Source of the DNA: Spirochaetia bacterium
GTDB lineage: Bacteria; Spirochaetota; Spirochaetia; DSM-2461
Direction of reading: 5' to 3'
DNA length: 64,000 bases
NCBI GenBank assembly: GCA_963668315.1
Contig: OY764216.1
Location: 4,320,001 to 4,384,000, forward strand
In this document: positions 26,050-35,108 of the stretch, piece by piece
Position numbering within the stretch: position 1 is the first letter of the stretch
Layout of the letters: every line of letters begins with the position of its first letter
The notes under the pieces: model-generated
What the model was told of the DNA's origin: nothing
Seen by the model: the letters and a program-made list of their open reading frames with translations, nothing else
The model's database searches: none
Made by a program: the position numbers and the translations under genes

Positions 26050-28659
26050 GTGAAATCTGCGATAAAGATGAATTATGCATCAGGAATGGGTATATTGTTT
26101 TTACTATCCTCCTTATTTATGGGCTGTGAAGATCTGTCCGTTCTTTTTAGCACGTCCGATCCGATAGCGGTAACGGGTGCTTCGACAACTCCCTTTGAAT
26201 GTGAACTAGAGTTGGGAGAGATACAGCAGATAGGGGTGAATTTTACACCGGAAAATGCTACAGATAAATCCGTGGCTTGGGAATCTACGGCCCCGTCAAT
26301 TGCAACGGTTGACGAAGGCGGTGTTGTGACAGCCGTCAAAGCCGGATCGGCGGAAATCAGCATGACCACAAATGACGGCGGATTTACCGATACCTCATAT
26401 GTAACTGTGAAGGGAATCAATGTTCCGGTTACCGGAATAACCCTTTCCCCGGCCGTAAAAAATATGGTAGTGGGAGATTCTTTCATCATTTCGGCAAGTA
26501 TACTGCCTTCCGATGCAACCAATTCCGCCGTTTCCTGGAGCTCCTCAGCGCCCTTAGTGGCAACAGTGGATGACGCCGGTTCCATTTCGGCTCTGGCAGT
26601 GGGAACAACCGACATTTCGGTGACAACTGAAGACGGAAGCTTTTCCGATACCTGCGCCCTGACTGTCACTGCGGCAGTTGTTGGTGTTTCCGGGGTTCAA
26701 TTGGACAGGGAAAGCGCCACACTTGAGGTGGACGATACGGTTCAGCTGAAGGCGACGGTGTCTCCCAGCGATGCGACGAATACGGATGTGACATGGTCAA
26801 CGTCTGCCGGCTCAGTGGCAACGGTTAGCAGTTCCGGACTCGTTACGGCCAAAGGTAAAGGTACGGCCACGATTAGCGTTTCCACTGAGGATGGCAATTA
26901 TTCCGATGATGTTTCCATCACCGTGATAGTTCCGGTAACAGGGGTGACGCTGGATTTAGAAACGAAAACGATGATTATAGGCGAGACATCATCCCTTTCC
27001 GCCACAATTTTCCCTTCCGATCCAAGCAATGCCAACCTTAGCTGGACATCGTCCTCACCATCAATAGCAACAGTGGATGACGCCGGTTCCATTTCGGCTA
27101 TGGCAGTGGGAACAACCGACATTTCGGTGACAACTGAAGACGGGAGCTTTTCCGATACCTGCGCCCTGACTGTTACGGCCGCGACCGTTGATGTTACGGG
27201 AGTTCTGCTGGACAGGGAGAGTGCCGCGCTGGAGGTGGACGATACGGTTCAGTTGACGGCGACGGTGTCTCCCAGCGATGCGACGAATAGGGATGTGACA
27301 TGGTCTACCTCCCAATCAACTGTGGCCACGGTCAGTTCCGACGGCCTGGTAACAGCCAAAGGAGTCGGAACCGCGACCATAAGCGTGAAGACAAACGATG
27401 GAAATTATACGGATACAGCATCAATTACCGTGAATTCCACTCCCGTGACAGGGGTCTCACTTACCATAGAAAGTGCCATTCTGGCAAAAGACAAAACCCT
27501 TCAACTAGACGGCACAATTACACCAGACAATGCTACAAACACTGCTCTAACCTGGGTTTCTTCTGAAGAATCCGTAGCAACGGTAAGCAGCACTGGTTTG
27601 GTTACAGCGCTTGCCGACGGCTCAACGACAATTACTGTTACGACCGCTGACGGGAACTATACCGATATGGTAGATATCATGGTAAGAAATGCGGTGACTC
27701 TGGTTTCCCTCTCTCCGGAGAGTTATATCCTGGAAGAGGGTGATACCTTACAATTGTCTACAGGGATTTTTCCCATCGATGCGACCAATCAAAGTTTGAC
27801 TTGGACTAGTTCCGATCCTTCCGTAGCCACTGTCAGTTCATCCGGACTGGTAACAGCCGTTAGCAGTACCAGCGATGCCATTACCATTACAGCCACATCG
27901 GAGGATACGGCAGTGTCCGATACTTGCATACTAAAGGTGGTAGAACCGGCAACGGCGACATCCAAAGACATTACCTTCGATTTTGAATATATCTCAACCG
28001 GTATGGCGAGTAACGTTTACACTATCTGGCTTGAGAATAAAGTAACCGGGCAGATACAGAATCTCTTTACCTGCCGAAGAGCGATTAATACCGGCGCCTT
28101 ATCAAATGCCGCAAATGTTTTGGCATATTGGAGGGACCGTATTTTCGATAATGACGGGAATAGGGTTGTGGATGTCGTAACCGGTCCAACCTGGTCCAGA
28201 ACGGATTTCCTCCTTACCGACGGTATGACAATTGCGGACGATGAGAATGATGCAGATTCCGATCCCTCCTACCTGGAGATGACCGTAAACGAGAGCATGG
28301 GCGACCAGTTTATCCTTTACTTTGAGATGGACGAATCCTGGGAGACGAATGATTGGTTCACCAATAGAAATACCTACGACCAGCCATCTGCCCTTTATGC
28401 CGTTGCCATAGATTTGACCAATACCGCGACCACGGAATATACCTTGAAACCGGTCGGCTGGACGACCATGTATGATAGCACGGAGATCCCGGGATTGGGA
28501 TCACTGGACGCGAGCACGTACATCAGCGAGATTCGGTATTTCACCCATCATAAAATTGATAACGGGGACGGAACCTATGGCTTCGGCGGGGAGGATTCCG
28601 CTAACAGTTCCCTTCGCTGCATAGGTCCTATCACTGCGACGATTTCTGACACCCCCTAG
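26050..28659 (+). CDS. Surface lipoprotein: 7x Ig-like (Big_2) + C-terminal DUF2271-like domain
   Basis: FMGC lipobox; seven V.GV.L...W.SS...VATV..G.VTA repeats; C-terminal NVYTIWLEN..IQNL..DVVTGPT..NDWF..DQPS domain shared with 31588..32355. Confidence 0.85.
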   Translation: MKSAIKMNYASGMGILFLLSSLFMGCEDLSVLFSTSDPIAVTGASTTPFECELELGEIQQIGVNFTPENATDKSVAWESTAPSIATVDEGGVVTAVKAGSAEISMTTNDGGFTDTSYVTVKGINVPVTGITLSPAVKNMVVGDSFIISASILPSDATNSAVSWSSSAPLVATVDDAGSISALAVGTTDISVTTEDGSFSDTCALTVTAAVVGVSGVQLDRESATLEVDDTVQLKATVSPSDATNTDVTWSTSAGSVATVSSSGLVTAKGKGTATISVSTEDGNYSDDVSITVIVPVTGVTLDLETKTMIIGETSSLSATIFPSDPSNANLSWTSSSPSIATVDDAGSISAMAVGTTDISVTTEDGSFSDTCALTVTAATVDVTGVLLDRESAALEVDDTVQLTATVSPSDATNRDVTWSTSQSTVATVSSDGLVTAKGVGTATISVKTNDGNYTDTASITVNSTPVTGVSLTIESAILAKDKTLQLDGTITPDNATNTALTWVSSEESVATVSSTGLVTALADGSTTITVTTADGNYTDMVDIMVRNAVTLVSLSPESYILEEGDTLQLSTGIFPIDATNQSLTWTSSDPSVATVSSSGLVTAVSSTSDAITITATSEDTAVSDTCILKVVEPATATSKDITFDFEYISTGMASNVYTIWLENKVTGQIQNLFTCRRAINTGALSNAANVLAYWRDRIFDNDGNRVVDVVTGPTWSRTDFLLTDGMTIADDENDADSDPSYLEMTVNESMGDQFILYFEMDESWETNDWFTNRNTYDQPSALYAVAIDLTNTATTEYTLKPVGWTTMYDSTEIPGLGSLDASTYISEIRYFTHHKIDNGDGTYGFGGEDSANSSLRCIGPITATISDTP

Positions 28660-28663
28660 TACC

Positions 28664-28768
28664 GGGGCAGGGATGGGAGGGGCGCGCGAAGCGCGGTCAC
28701 GCAGGGACGGGAGGCGGGAGCCGGACCCCCGGACAGCCCGGTGACGCGGAGCGGCAGCCCCCCGAAAA
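28664..28768. repeat. 105-bp GC-rich structured repeat, copy 2
   Basis: Identical to 25859..25963, same orientation, separated by 4 nt from the Ig-gene stop. Confidence 0.95.
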
Positions 28769-28810
28769 CAAACGCTTTCACCAAAAGTCATTCTCATGTA
28801 TAATTACCCT

Positions 28811-29317
28811 ATGGAACCGATTCAGGGGTTGGAACACTTTATAGACAACAAAGAACTCATTGATCTGAACTTCAGCCATATCCGCTTTGCCCACGGCGTG
28901 GTGGAGGACAAGCTGATTGACAGCACGATTATTAATTATGCCTCCTTCGAGGACGTGACTTTCAAGAACTGCCACTTTGACATCTGCTTTATGGAGAAGT
29001 GCCGTATGATCAACTGCCGCTTTATCGAGGTGCGCATGACCCACTCCCTGGCGGCGGGATCGGTTTTTCAGAATTGCCTCTTTGAGGATTGCGACCTGAT
29101 CAGCGTGAATTTCAACGGTATTCAGGCGGAGAGAACATCCTGGGTGGCCTCGGACCTCTACTATTCCCGGTTTATCTCATCGAAACTGACCGATGTGGTG
29201 TTCGATGACTGCAATCTCAAACGGGTGGACTACTCCCATTCGGAACGGAGGAATGTCTCCTTCAAGAGTTCCAATGTACAGGATGCCTATCTGGATCAGG
29301 CGAAGGAGGATATGTGA
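28811..29317 (+). CDS. Pentapeptide repeat protein
   Basis: F..V.F..C.F five-residue periodicity. Start placed at ATG 28811, 6 nt after TATAAT; ATG 28796 is the alternative. Confidence 0.8.
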   Translation: MEPIQGLEHFIDNKELIDLNFSHIRFAHGVVEDKLIDSTIINYASFEDVTFKNCHFDICFMEKCRMINCRFIEVRMTHSLAAGSVFQNCLFEDCDLISVNFNGIQAERTSWVASDLYYSRFISSKLTDVVFDDCNLKRVDYSHSERRNVSFKSSNVQDAYLDQAKEDM

Positions 29318-29949
29318 AGGTAAAATGCCATTTCGCCGTGGTGGGCCTGAGCAACACCTACCTGATAGGGGATTCCTGCGGGGGCGAAGCGATTATGGTG
29401 GACCCCAGCCGTTTCGACGTCCCCCTTCTGAAGATGATCGAGGACAATAATTATTACGTGAAGGGCGTTCTTATCACCCATAACCATGAGAATCATGTCC
29501 ACGGCCTTCTGACCATGCGCAAGATTTACGATTTCGATATTTACGCCGCCGAGCCGGAAGTGATGGGCTTTGAGACCATTCCCGTCTCCGAGTCGGAGCC
29601 CTTCGAGTGCTGCGGCTTCAGGGTGGAGCCTCTGTTCATACGGGGCCACTCCTCCGATTCCCTGGTCTACAAGGTGCGGAATGTGCTGTTCACCGGGGAT
29701 CTTCTTTCCGCCGGACGGGTGGGAACGCCGAACAGCCGGTGGAGCAAGGCCGCCCTGTACCGGGATCTGGCGGACAAGGTGAATACCCTGGACGGTGAGA
29801 CGATTATCTTTCCCGGCCACGGACCGCCCTCGACGCTGGCCATTGAGAGGGAGACGAATCCGGCTTTCCTGAATTTGGATGAATTTGCTCTGGACGGGGT
29901 CGAGGATGAGGATGATCTCGGGGTTGAGGTGGAGGATTTCGAGATTTAG
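29314..29949 (+). CDS. MBL-fold metallo-hydrolase (glyoxalase II-like)
   Basis: SNTYLI, VDP, ITHNHENHVHG, GHS, LFTGD and FPGHGP; GTGA overlap with the upstream gene. Confidence 0.88.
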   Translation: MKVKCHFAVVGLSNTYLIGDSCGGEAIMVDPSRFDVPLLKMIEDNNYYVKGVLITHNHENHVHGLLTMRKIYDFDIYAAEPEVMGFETIPVSESEPFECCGFRVEPLFIRGHSSDSLVYKVRNVLFTGDLLSAGRVGTPNSRWSKAALYRDLADKVNTLDGETIIFPGHGPPSTLAIERETNPAFLNLDEFALDGVEDEDDLGVEVEDFEI

Positions 29950-30025
29950 GGTTTTGGGATAGGCTGCGGGGGCTTTTGCAGAGGCATCAGAGGCAGCTGA
30001 GGGGAAGAGTAATGGAGTTAGGGGA

Positions 30026-30430
30026 TTATTCTTTATGGTAGTAGGGGTTGATGATTCTTTTAATACCATTTTTTAGAGTGACTTCATTGAAGTTTATAAG
30101 GATTCCCAGTCTTTTATTCATTAATCTCAGATAGGTTAATACTTGTTTGGGGTGGATTTCTATGAGATTTTTAACGGATTTTAGCTCGACGATGATTTTA
30201 TCATTTACCAGCAGATCCAATCGGTAAGATTTAGGAATGTATAGGGATTTATAGATAAGAGGAATGTCTATTTCATAACCAATACTTAATCCGGCAGTCT
30301 GTAATTCATATGCCATAAGCTGTTGATAGGCCGATTCCAGTAATCCCGGTCCAAATGTTCTATGAATATTAATCGCCGTCCCAATAATAGTTCCACTTAA
30401 TTCATTTAATTCTTGTTCATCTTCACTCAT
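30026..30430 (-). CDS. GxxExxY protein (PD-(D/E)XK nuclease-like)
   Basis: GPGLLESAY signature, YRLDLLVNDKIIVELKSV, QVLTYL and GILINF. Confidence 0.93.
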   Translation of the reverse strand: MSEDEQELNELSGTIIGTAINIHRTFGPGLLESAYQQLMAYELQTAGLSIGYEIDIPLIYKSLYIPKSYRLDLLVNDKIIVELKSVKNLIEIHPKQVLTYLRLMNKRLGILINFNEVTLKNGIKRIINPYYHKE

Positions 30431-30614
30431 GTCTATAGGGGGACAAATAACTTTCCCGATTTCCCAACCCTCTGCCTGCTTTGCTAGCTTAACTTCCTCT
30501 GCGAGAGCATTAACGTCGTAATGAGATTACCCCTGCTCTCGCATTCACCGATTCTTCCCCAAAGGCACATAAGCCCGTCACAACTTTTTCCCAGAGGGAG
30601 CTATCCTATTCTTT

Positions 30615-31529
30615 ATGAAAGGGAAATATCTCGCCATACTGTTTTTGGTTACATTGTTTTCGGCCGGGTGCGCCCAGTTGCTTTTTACTCAGGATGAGTC
30701 TTCCGATATCGAGACTATTGCCGATCATTCGGTGGTTCGTCAGCTTTACGACGGGCAGATGGCCGAGGCTGATATACAAAGAGCCGTGGACGACCTTCAT
30801 ATCGGATACGGCCACACCTCCCACGGGAGCCAGATAACCGACGGCATGACAGGGCTGACAGCCTTTGCCGATAACAACTTTCCCGAATACAGTGAAGACC
30901 TGTTCCAGTGGAGCCGTGACGGGTCGTCAGGGCTCCATCTCTATGAGGGTGACGGCTACGGTGACGGGGATCTGGATCATGACTGCGGCTATGCGGGATG
31001 GGATGACGAAACCAGGGCATTCCTGAATGACGAGAATAACAGTGAATTTAATGTGATCATGTGGTCCTGGTGCGGCCAGGTTGATTCCGTGGATATAGAC
31101 AGCCATTACCTGGAGAGGATGGAAGCCCTGGAGGCGGATTATCCCGATGTGACTTTTATTTATATGACCGGTCATCTGGAAGGGGGCTCGGACGATCCCG
31201 GAGAAAATGCCGTCCTGGCCCATAATAATGCCATACGGGACTACTGCCGGGAGAAGGGAAAGTGGCTTTTTGATTTCGCCGATATTGAAAAGTATGATCT
31301 GGACGGGCGCTATTTCGGCGACAAGCTGGCCGATGACGGCTGCAACTATGACAGCACCGGAGACGGTTCCCGTGATGCCAACTGGGCGGTAGACTGGCAG
31401 AATTCCCACACAGAGGGAGAGGAGTGGTACAGCTGCGGCGCCGCCCATTCCCAACCGGTTAATGCCAATCAGAAAGCCTATGCCGCCTGGTGGCTATTCA
31501 CCCAGATAGGCCGGTCTCGATGGGAATAA
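30615..31529 (+). CDS. Lipoprotein, SGNH-like family (distant paralog of 2527..3312)
   Basis: SAGC lipobox; GYGHTSHGSQI, MWSWC, YPDVTFIYMTGH, LFDFADIE and AHS. Confidence 0.6.
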   Translation: MKGKYLAILFLVTLFSAGCAQLLFTQDESSDIETIADHSVVRQLYDGQMAEADIQRAVDDLHIGYGHTSHGSQITDGMTGLTAFADNNFPEYSEDLFQWSRDGSSGLHLYEGDGYGDGDLDHDCGYAGWDDETRAFLNDENNSEFNVIMWSWCGQVDSVDIDSHYLERMEALEADYPDVTFIYMTGHLEGGSDDPGENAVLAHNNAIRDYCREKGKWLFDFADIEKYDLDGRYFGDKLADDGCNYDSTGDGSRDANWAVDWQNSHTEGEEWYSCGAAHSQPVNANQKAYAAWWLFTQIGRSRWE

Positions 31530-31587
31530 TTTTTTCCGTCCCGAGTTTCCCTGTAAATTAGCCCGGGATCACGCTATAATGGGTGTT

Positions 31588-32355
31588 ATGAAAACTATTA
31601 AATACCAGATAATGACCCTATTGCTGCTAGCTCAGCTGATTCTCTCCTGCACCGCCTCGGCGGCTCCTTCCCAGGGGAAGATAAGGATTGACTTTGACTT
31701 CGACAGCCGGAACGCCAGCGATTGGAAGAATATCTATGTCATCTGGCTGGAAAACGAGGAGGGGGCGATTCAGAACCTTTATGTCTGTGAGCGTCTCCTG
31801 GACGGCTCTATAACCGATTATGAATCCGCCCTTCCCTTCTGGCACCTTAACCGCTATAACTCGGGGGATGAGACTTTCAGGGAAGAAGTTGATGCGGTCA
31901 CCGGACCGACCGAAGCGAACAGGGACTTTACCCTGACCGCCCCCATCAACGAATCGCTGGGAGAGAACTTCACCCTGTACTTTGAAATAGACCAGTCCTT
32001 CAACTTCAACGACTGGTTTCCGGGAAAGGCCTACGATATGAGGGACCAGCCTTCGGTCGTTTACGCAGCCGATATAGATCTTTCCGATGACCGAACGGAG
32101 TATGATCTCTCTATCCTGGGCTTTGTTCCCATGTACGAACGCTCCCGTTACGGGAACTTCTCCTTTACCACGGAAGATCAGAAAGCCTATGAGGCCGGAA
32201 CACTCGCCTTTGCCAAGGGTGAGATTTTCGAAGAGATGCGCTACATCACCCATGGCAGGAATACCGAAAAGGGAGTCATTAGCTTCGGCCCGGAAGACAG
32301 GGCTCAAAGCGCGATCCGTTCGGTGACCGCCATTACGGCAACGGTGGAGAAGTAA
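31588..32355 (+). CDS. Lipoprotein, DUF2271-like
   Basis: LILSC lipobox; NIYVIWLEN, IQNLY, VDAVTGPT, NDWF and DQPSVVYA; homologous to the C-terminal domain of 26050..28659. Confidence 0.7.
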   Translation: MKTIKYQIMTLLLLAQLILSCTASAAPSQGKIRIDFDFDSRNASDWKNIYVIWLENEEGAIQNLYVCERLLDGSITDYESALPFWHLNRYNSGDETFREEVDAVTGPTEANRDFTLTAPINESLGENFTLYFEIDQSFNFNDWFPGKAYDMRDQPSVVYAADIDLSDDRTEYDLSILGFVPMYERSRYGNFSFTTEDQKAYEAGTLAFAKGEIFEEMRYITHGRNTEKGVISFGPEDRAQSAIRSVTAITATVEK

Positions 32356-32360
32356 TCTGC

Positions 32361-34109
32361 ATGATGTCCGAGAAGGGGAAGCTGCCGCTTTTTCTGATAA
32401 TCTTCTGCGCTCTGCTGGCAGGATGTTCAGTCCTGGCGGAGGACAGCTTTCAGGAAAACAATGATGATCTTCCCTTTGTTCCCCCTCCGGACACTTCTGT
32501 CAGACTGCCTGTCGGAATGAATCTCCACGGGCTGACCTACTACTCCCGGGCTCCCGTCTTCACCGACGCCATGACAACCGCCAGTAATCTGCTTACCTTC
32601 TATACCGATGAACCGGGGTCTCCCTGGAATACGGGACTGGCCGGGGAGATTGGTAAAGACCGTTACGGTTATCCCCTCTCTCTACCCCAGAGGACAAGCG
32701 ACGGGCATGACAGCCATGTCCGTTTTCTCATTAATAATTATTACAAAGGGCGGTATCGGGTCTTCTATGAGGGTGACGGTCTGCTTATCGCCGGCGGGGA
32801 CCGGCTGAAGGAAGATGAGAAGGGACTCTATATTGATCTGACCGGAACGGGAAGCAATACCTGGATTGATATAAGAGAGAGCACACAGGGTAATCCCCTG
32901 AGGAATATACATATCATTCCCGAGGAATACGGCCTGTACAGCAGTTCCGATTACAGCCCGGATCTCTTTCCCTTGTTCCTGCCCGCCTATCTGGAGGGAT
33001 TGGCTCCGTTCCATGCCCTTCGTTTTATGGACTGGATTAATACGAATAATTCCGTTCAGGTAGACTGGGGCCTCGGCTCATCCCATAACGCCACTCCCGG
33101 CGACTACAGTGATGACCGCATAACAATAAACCACTACTCCCAGGCGACCGGAAGGGGCATCAGCTTTGATTACGCCATTGAATTATGCAACGAACTTCAT
33201 GCCGATGCCTGGGTCTGTATTCCCCATATGGCCAGTGACGACTATATCCGGCACCTGGCCCGTCTCTGGAAAGAGAATCTGGATCCGGGACTGACGATTT
33301 ACCTGGAGTTCTCCAACGAAATGTGGAACTGGATCTTTGACCAGTCCCACTGGATTGACGAAAGCGGTACCTATCAGTCCTTCCCGGAACCGGTGGACTC
33401 CTCTGTAAAAACCGATCTGGAATACCTGGAAATCCACGGGGGCTTTCCCGAACAGGACGCCTATATGATGGCCCGCGCCTTTTCTCTCTGGTCTGAAGAG
33501 TTCGGAAGTGAATTTTCCTCCCGCGTGGTAAGGGTCGCCACGGGTCAGCACGCCTGGACGGGTAATTCACGGAGACTTCTGAACTATCTGTACAGTGATG
33601 ACGCCGCTTTCGGGGCCGTCGGATGCGACGCTCTGGCCGTGGGCGGCTATTTCAGTTTTTCCGAGGATAATCACGAAGAGTGGCTGACTCTGGGTAATGA
33701 TCTCGCCATGGAGCAGATCTACCGCGATACCTACGAAAATTTTCTGACCACCAGTAAGGTCTGGACGGAAGAATCCGCCGCCATCGCCGCCGATTTCGGA
33801 ATCGATTACCTGGTATACGAAGGGGGACAGCACATGCAGCCCTGGCATCAGGGGAGCCAGTGGAGTTACAATCAGCGCCTCTGGGACTTTCAGATAAACG
33901 AAAGGATGTATGACCTGTATATGCACAACTTCGATGTTCATGCAGAACCGGATGTAAACTGCAAGCTGTTTATGGCCTTCTCGTACATAGGAGTCAGGGA
34001 GAGCCAATACGGTTCCTGGGGTCACCTGGAGTCGCTTGACCAGATAGGAACAAACTACTCCGATGCGCCCAAATACCGGGCACTCCTTGATGTGAATACA
34101 GCCCGCTAG
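32361..34109 (+). CDS. Lipoprotein, glycoside-hydrolase-like (paralog of 17546..19282)
   Basis: LAGC lipobox; LRFMDW, YLEFSNEMWN, YEGGQH and GSWGHLE; full-length similarity to 17546..19282. Confidence 0.6.
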   Translation: MMSEKGKLPLFLIIFCALLAGCSVLAEDSFQENNDDLPFVPPPDTSVRLPVGMNLHGLTYYSRAPVFTDAMTTASNLLTFYTDEPGSPWNTGLAGEIGKDRYGYPLSLPQRTSDGHDSHVRFLINNYYKGRYRVFYEGDGLLIAGGDRLKEDEKGLYIDLTGTGSNTWIDIRESTQGNPLRNIHIIPEEYGLYSSSDYSPDLFPLFLPAYLEGLAPFHALRFMDWINTNNSVQVDWGLGSSHNATPGDYSDDRITINHYSQATGRGISFDYAIELCNELHADAWVCIPHMASDDYIRHLARLWKENLDPGLTIYLEFSNEMWNWIFDQSHWIDESGTYQSFPEPVDSSVKTDLEYLEIHGGFPEQDAYMMARAFSLWSEEFGSEFSSRVVRVATGQHAWTGNSRRLLNYLYSDDAAFGAVGCDALAVGGYFSFSEDNHEEWLTLGNDLAMEQIYRDTYENFLTTSKVWTEESAAIAADFGIDYLVYEGGQHMQPWHQGSQWSYNQRLWDFQINERMYDLYMHNFDVHAEPDVNCKLFMAFSYIGVRESQYGSWGHLESLDQIGTNYSDAPKYRALLDVNTAR

Positions 34110-34139
34110 GGAAAACAGCCCGGGAATACCCTGGGGTTC

Positions 34140-35108
34140 CTACTCCCCTTGAATTCTGAAATTCTTCAGAGGAACGATAATTTTCCTCTCCCCTGTCCCC
34201 TTGTTCTCCTTCGGATAGTTTAAGAGCAAGTGACACGCCCTGAAAGCCATCTCCTCAAAATCCTGCTCGCAGACGTAGACTTCGGATGCCGGATAGAGCG
34301 ATCCCGGCCATTCGTCAAACACCCCGCATAAAACGCATTTATCAGAGAGACCGGATGCCCGATCATTCATAAGAGAAAGAACATGCCCGTAATGGGTCGC
34401 TATAATCCCGATTTTGTCCGCCCCCGCGACAGGTACAGGACCGGAGAAAGGATCATCGGGGAACAGGATGACCGGCTCCACTCCCCTTTCCCTGCAGGCG
34501 TCGACGGCTCCGGCCACACGGGCTTCCTCCACCCCGTTCTGCTGCCGGGAAAGAATCAGGATGGTCTCACAGCCCCTGGCCAGCAGCCTCCTGGCCAGGC
34601 CTTCCCCCCCGGTCCGGTTATCCGAAGTCACCACAGGAAAGGAGGGCATCCCATCCCAGCGGTCCAGATATACCAGGGGGAAATTTCTCTGGGCCAGGCG
34701 GTGTAAAATCTTTTCCGCCCGGGGAGAGAGGTTCGTTCCCGGAATGATCATGGCGCCGTCAAAAAGATTCTGCTCCAGCCGGGCTACCTGCCTTTCGAAG
34801 GTCTTTTCGCTCCTGCCGGTCAGGGAGATCATCAGGTCGTAATTCCTCTCCTGCAGCCAGGTGCTGGCATACTGGGCGGGAAGCCTTTCCATGGGAACGT
34901 TCAGGCTCGAAACGATCAGGGCAATGGTCCGGCTTTTTCCGCTGACCAGGTGCCGGGCCGCCAGATTCGGCGTATAGTGCAGCGCTTCAGCCGCATCCCG
35001 CACCCTGTCCCGGGTTTCCGGTTTCACCCGCTCATCCCCGCGGAGCGCCCGGGACACGGTGGAGATATCCACACCGCACCGGACGGCCACATCTTTCAGC
35101 GTTGCCAC
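34140..35108 (-). CDS. LacI-family transcriptional regulator
   Basis: MATLKDVA..CGVDISTVSRAL HTH, YTPNLAAR hinge and sugar-binding domain. Confidence 0.93.
   Translation of the reverse strand: MATLKDVAVRCGVDISTVSRALRGDERVKPETRDRVRDAAEALHYTPNLAARHLVSGKSRTIALIVSSLNVPMERLPAQYASTWLQERNYDLMISLTGRSEKTFERQVARLEQNLFDGAMIIPGTNLSPRAEKILHRLAQRNFPLVYLDRWDGMPSFPVVTSDNRTGGEGLARRLLARGCETILILSRQQNGVEEARVAGAVDACRERGVEPVILFPDDPFSGPVPVAGADKIGIIATHYGHVLSLMNDRASGLSDKCVLCGVFDEWPGSLYPASEVYVCEQDFEEMAFRACHLLLNYPKENKGTGERKIIVPLKNFRIQGE

Noticed and set aside
25859..28768. Composite transposon or prophage att sites
   Set aside because: No transposase or integrase, no target-site duplication and no tRNA; kept only as a repeat finding.
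29296..30069. 257-aa minus-strand ORF
   Set aside because: Antisense to the MBL hydrolase and crosses repeat sequence.
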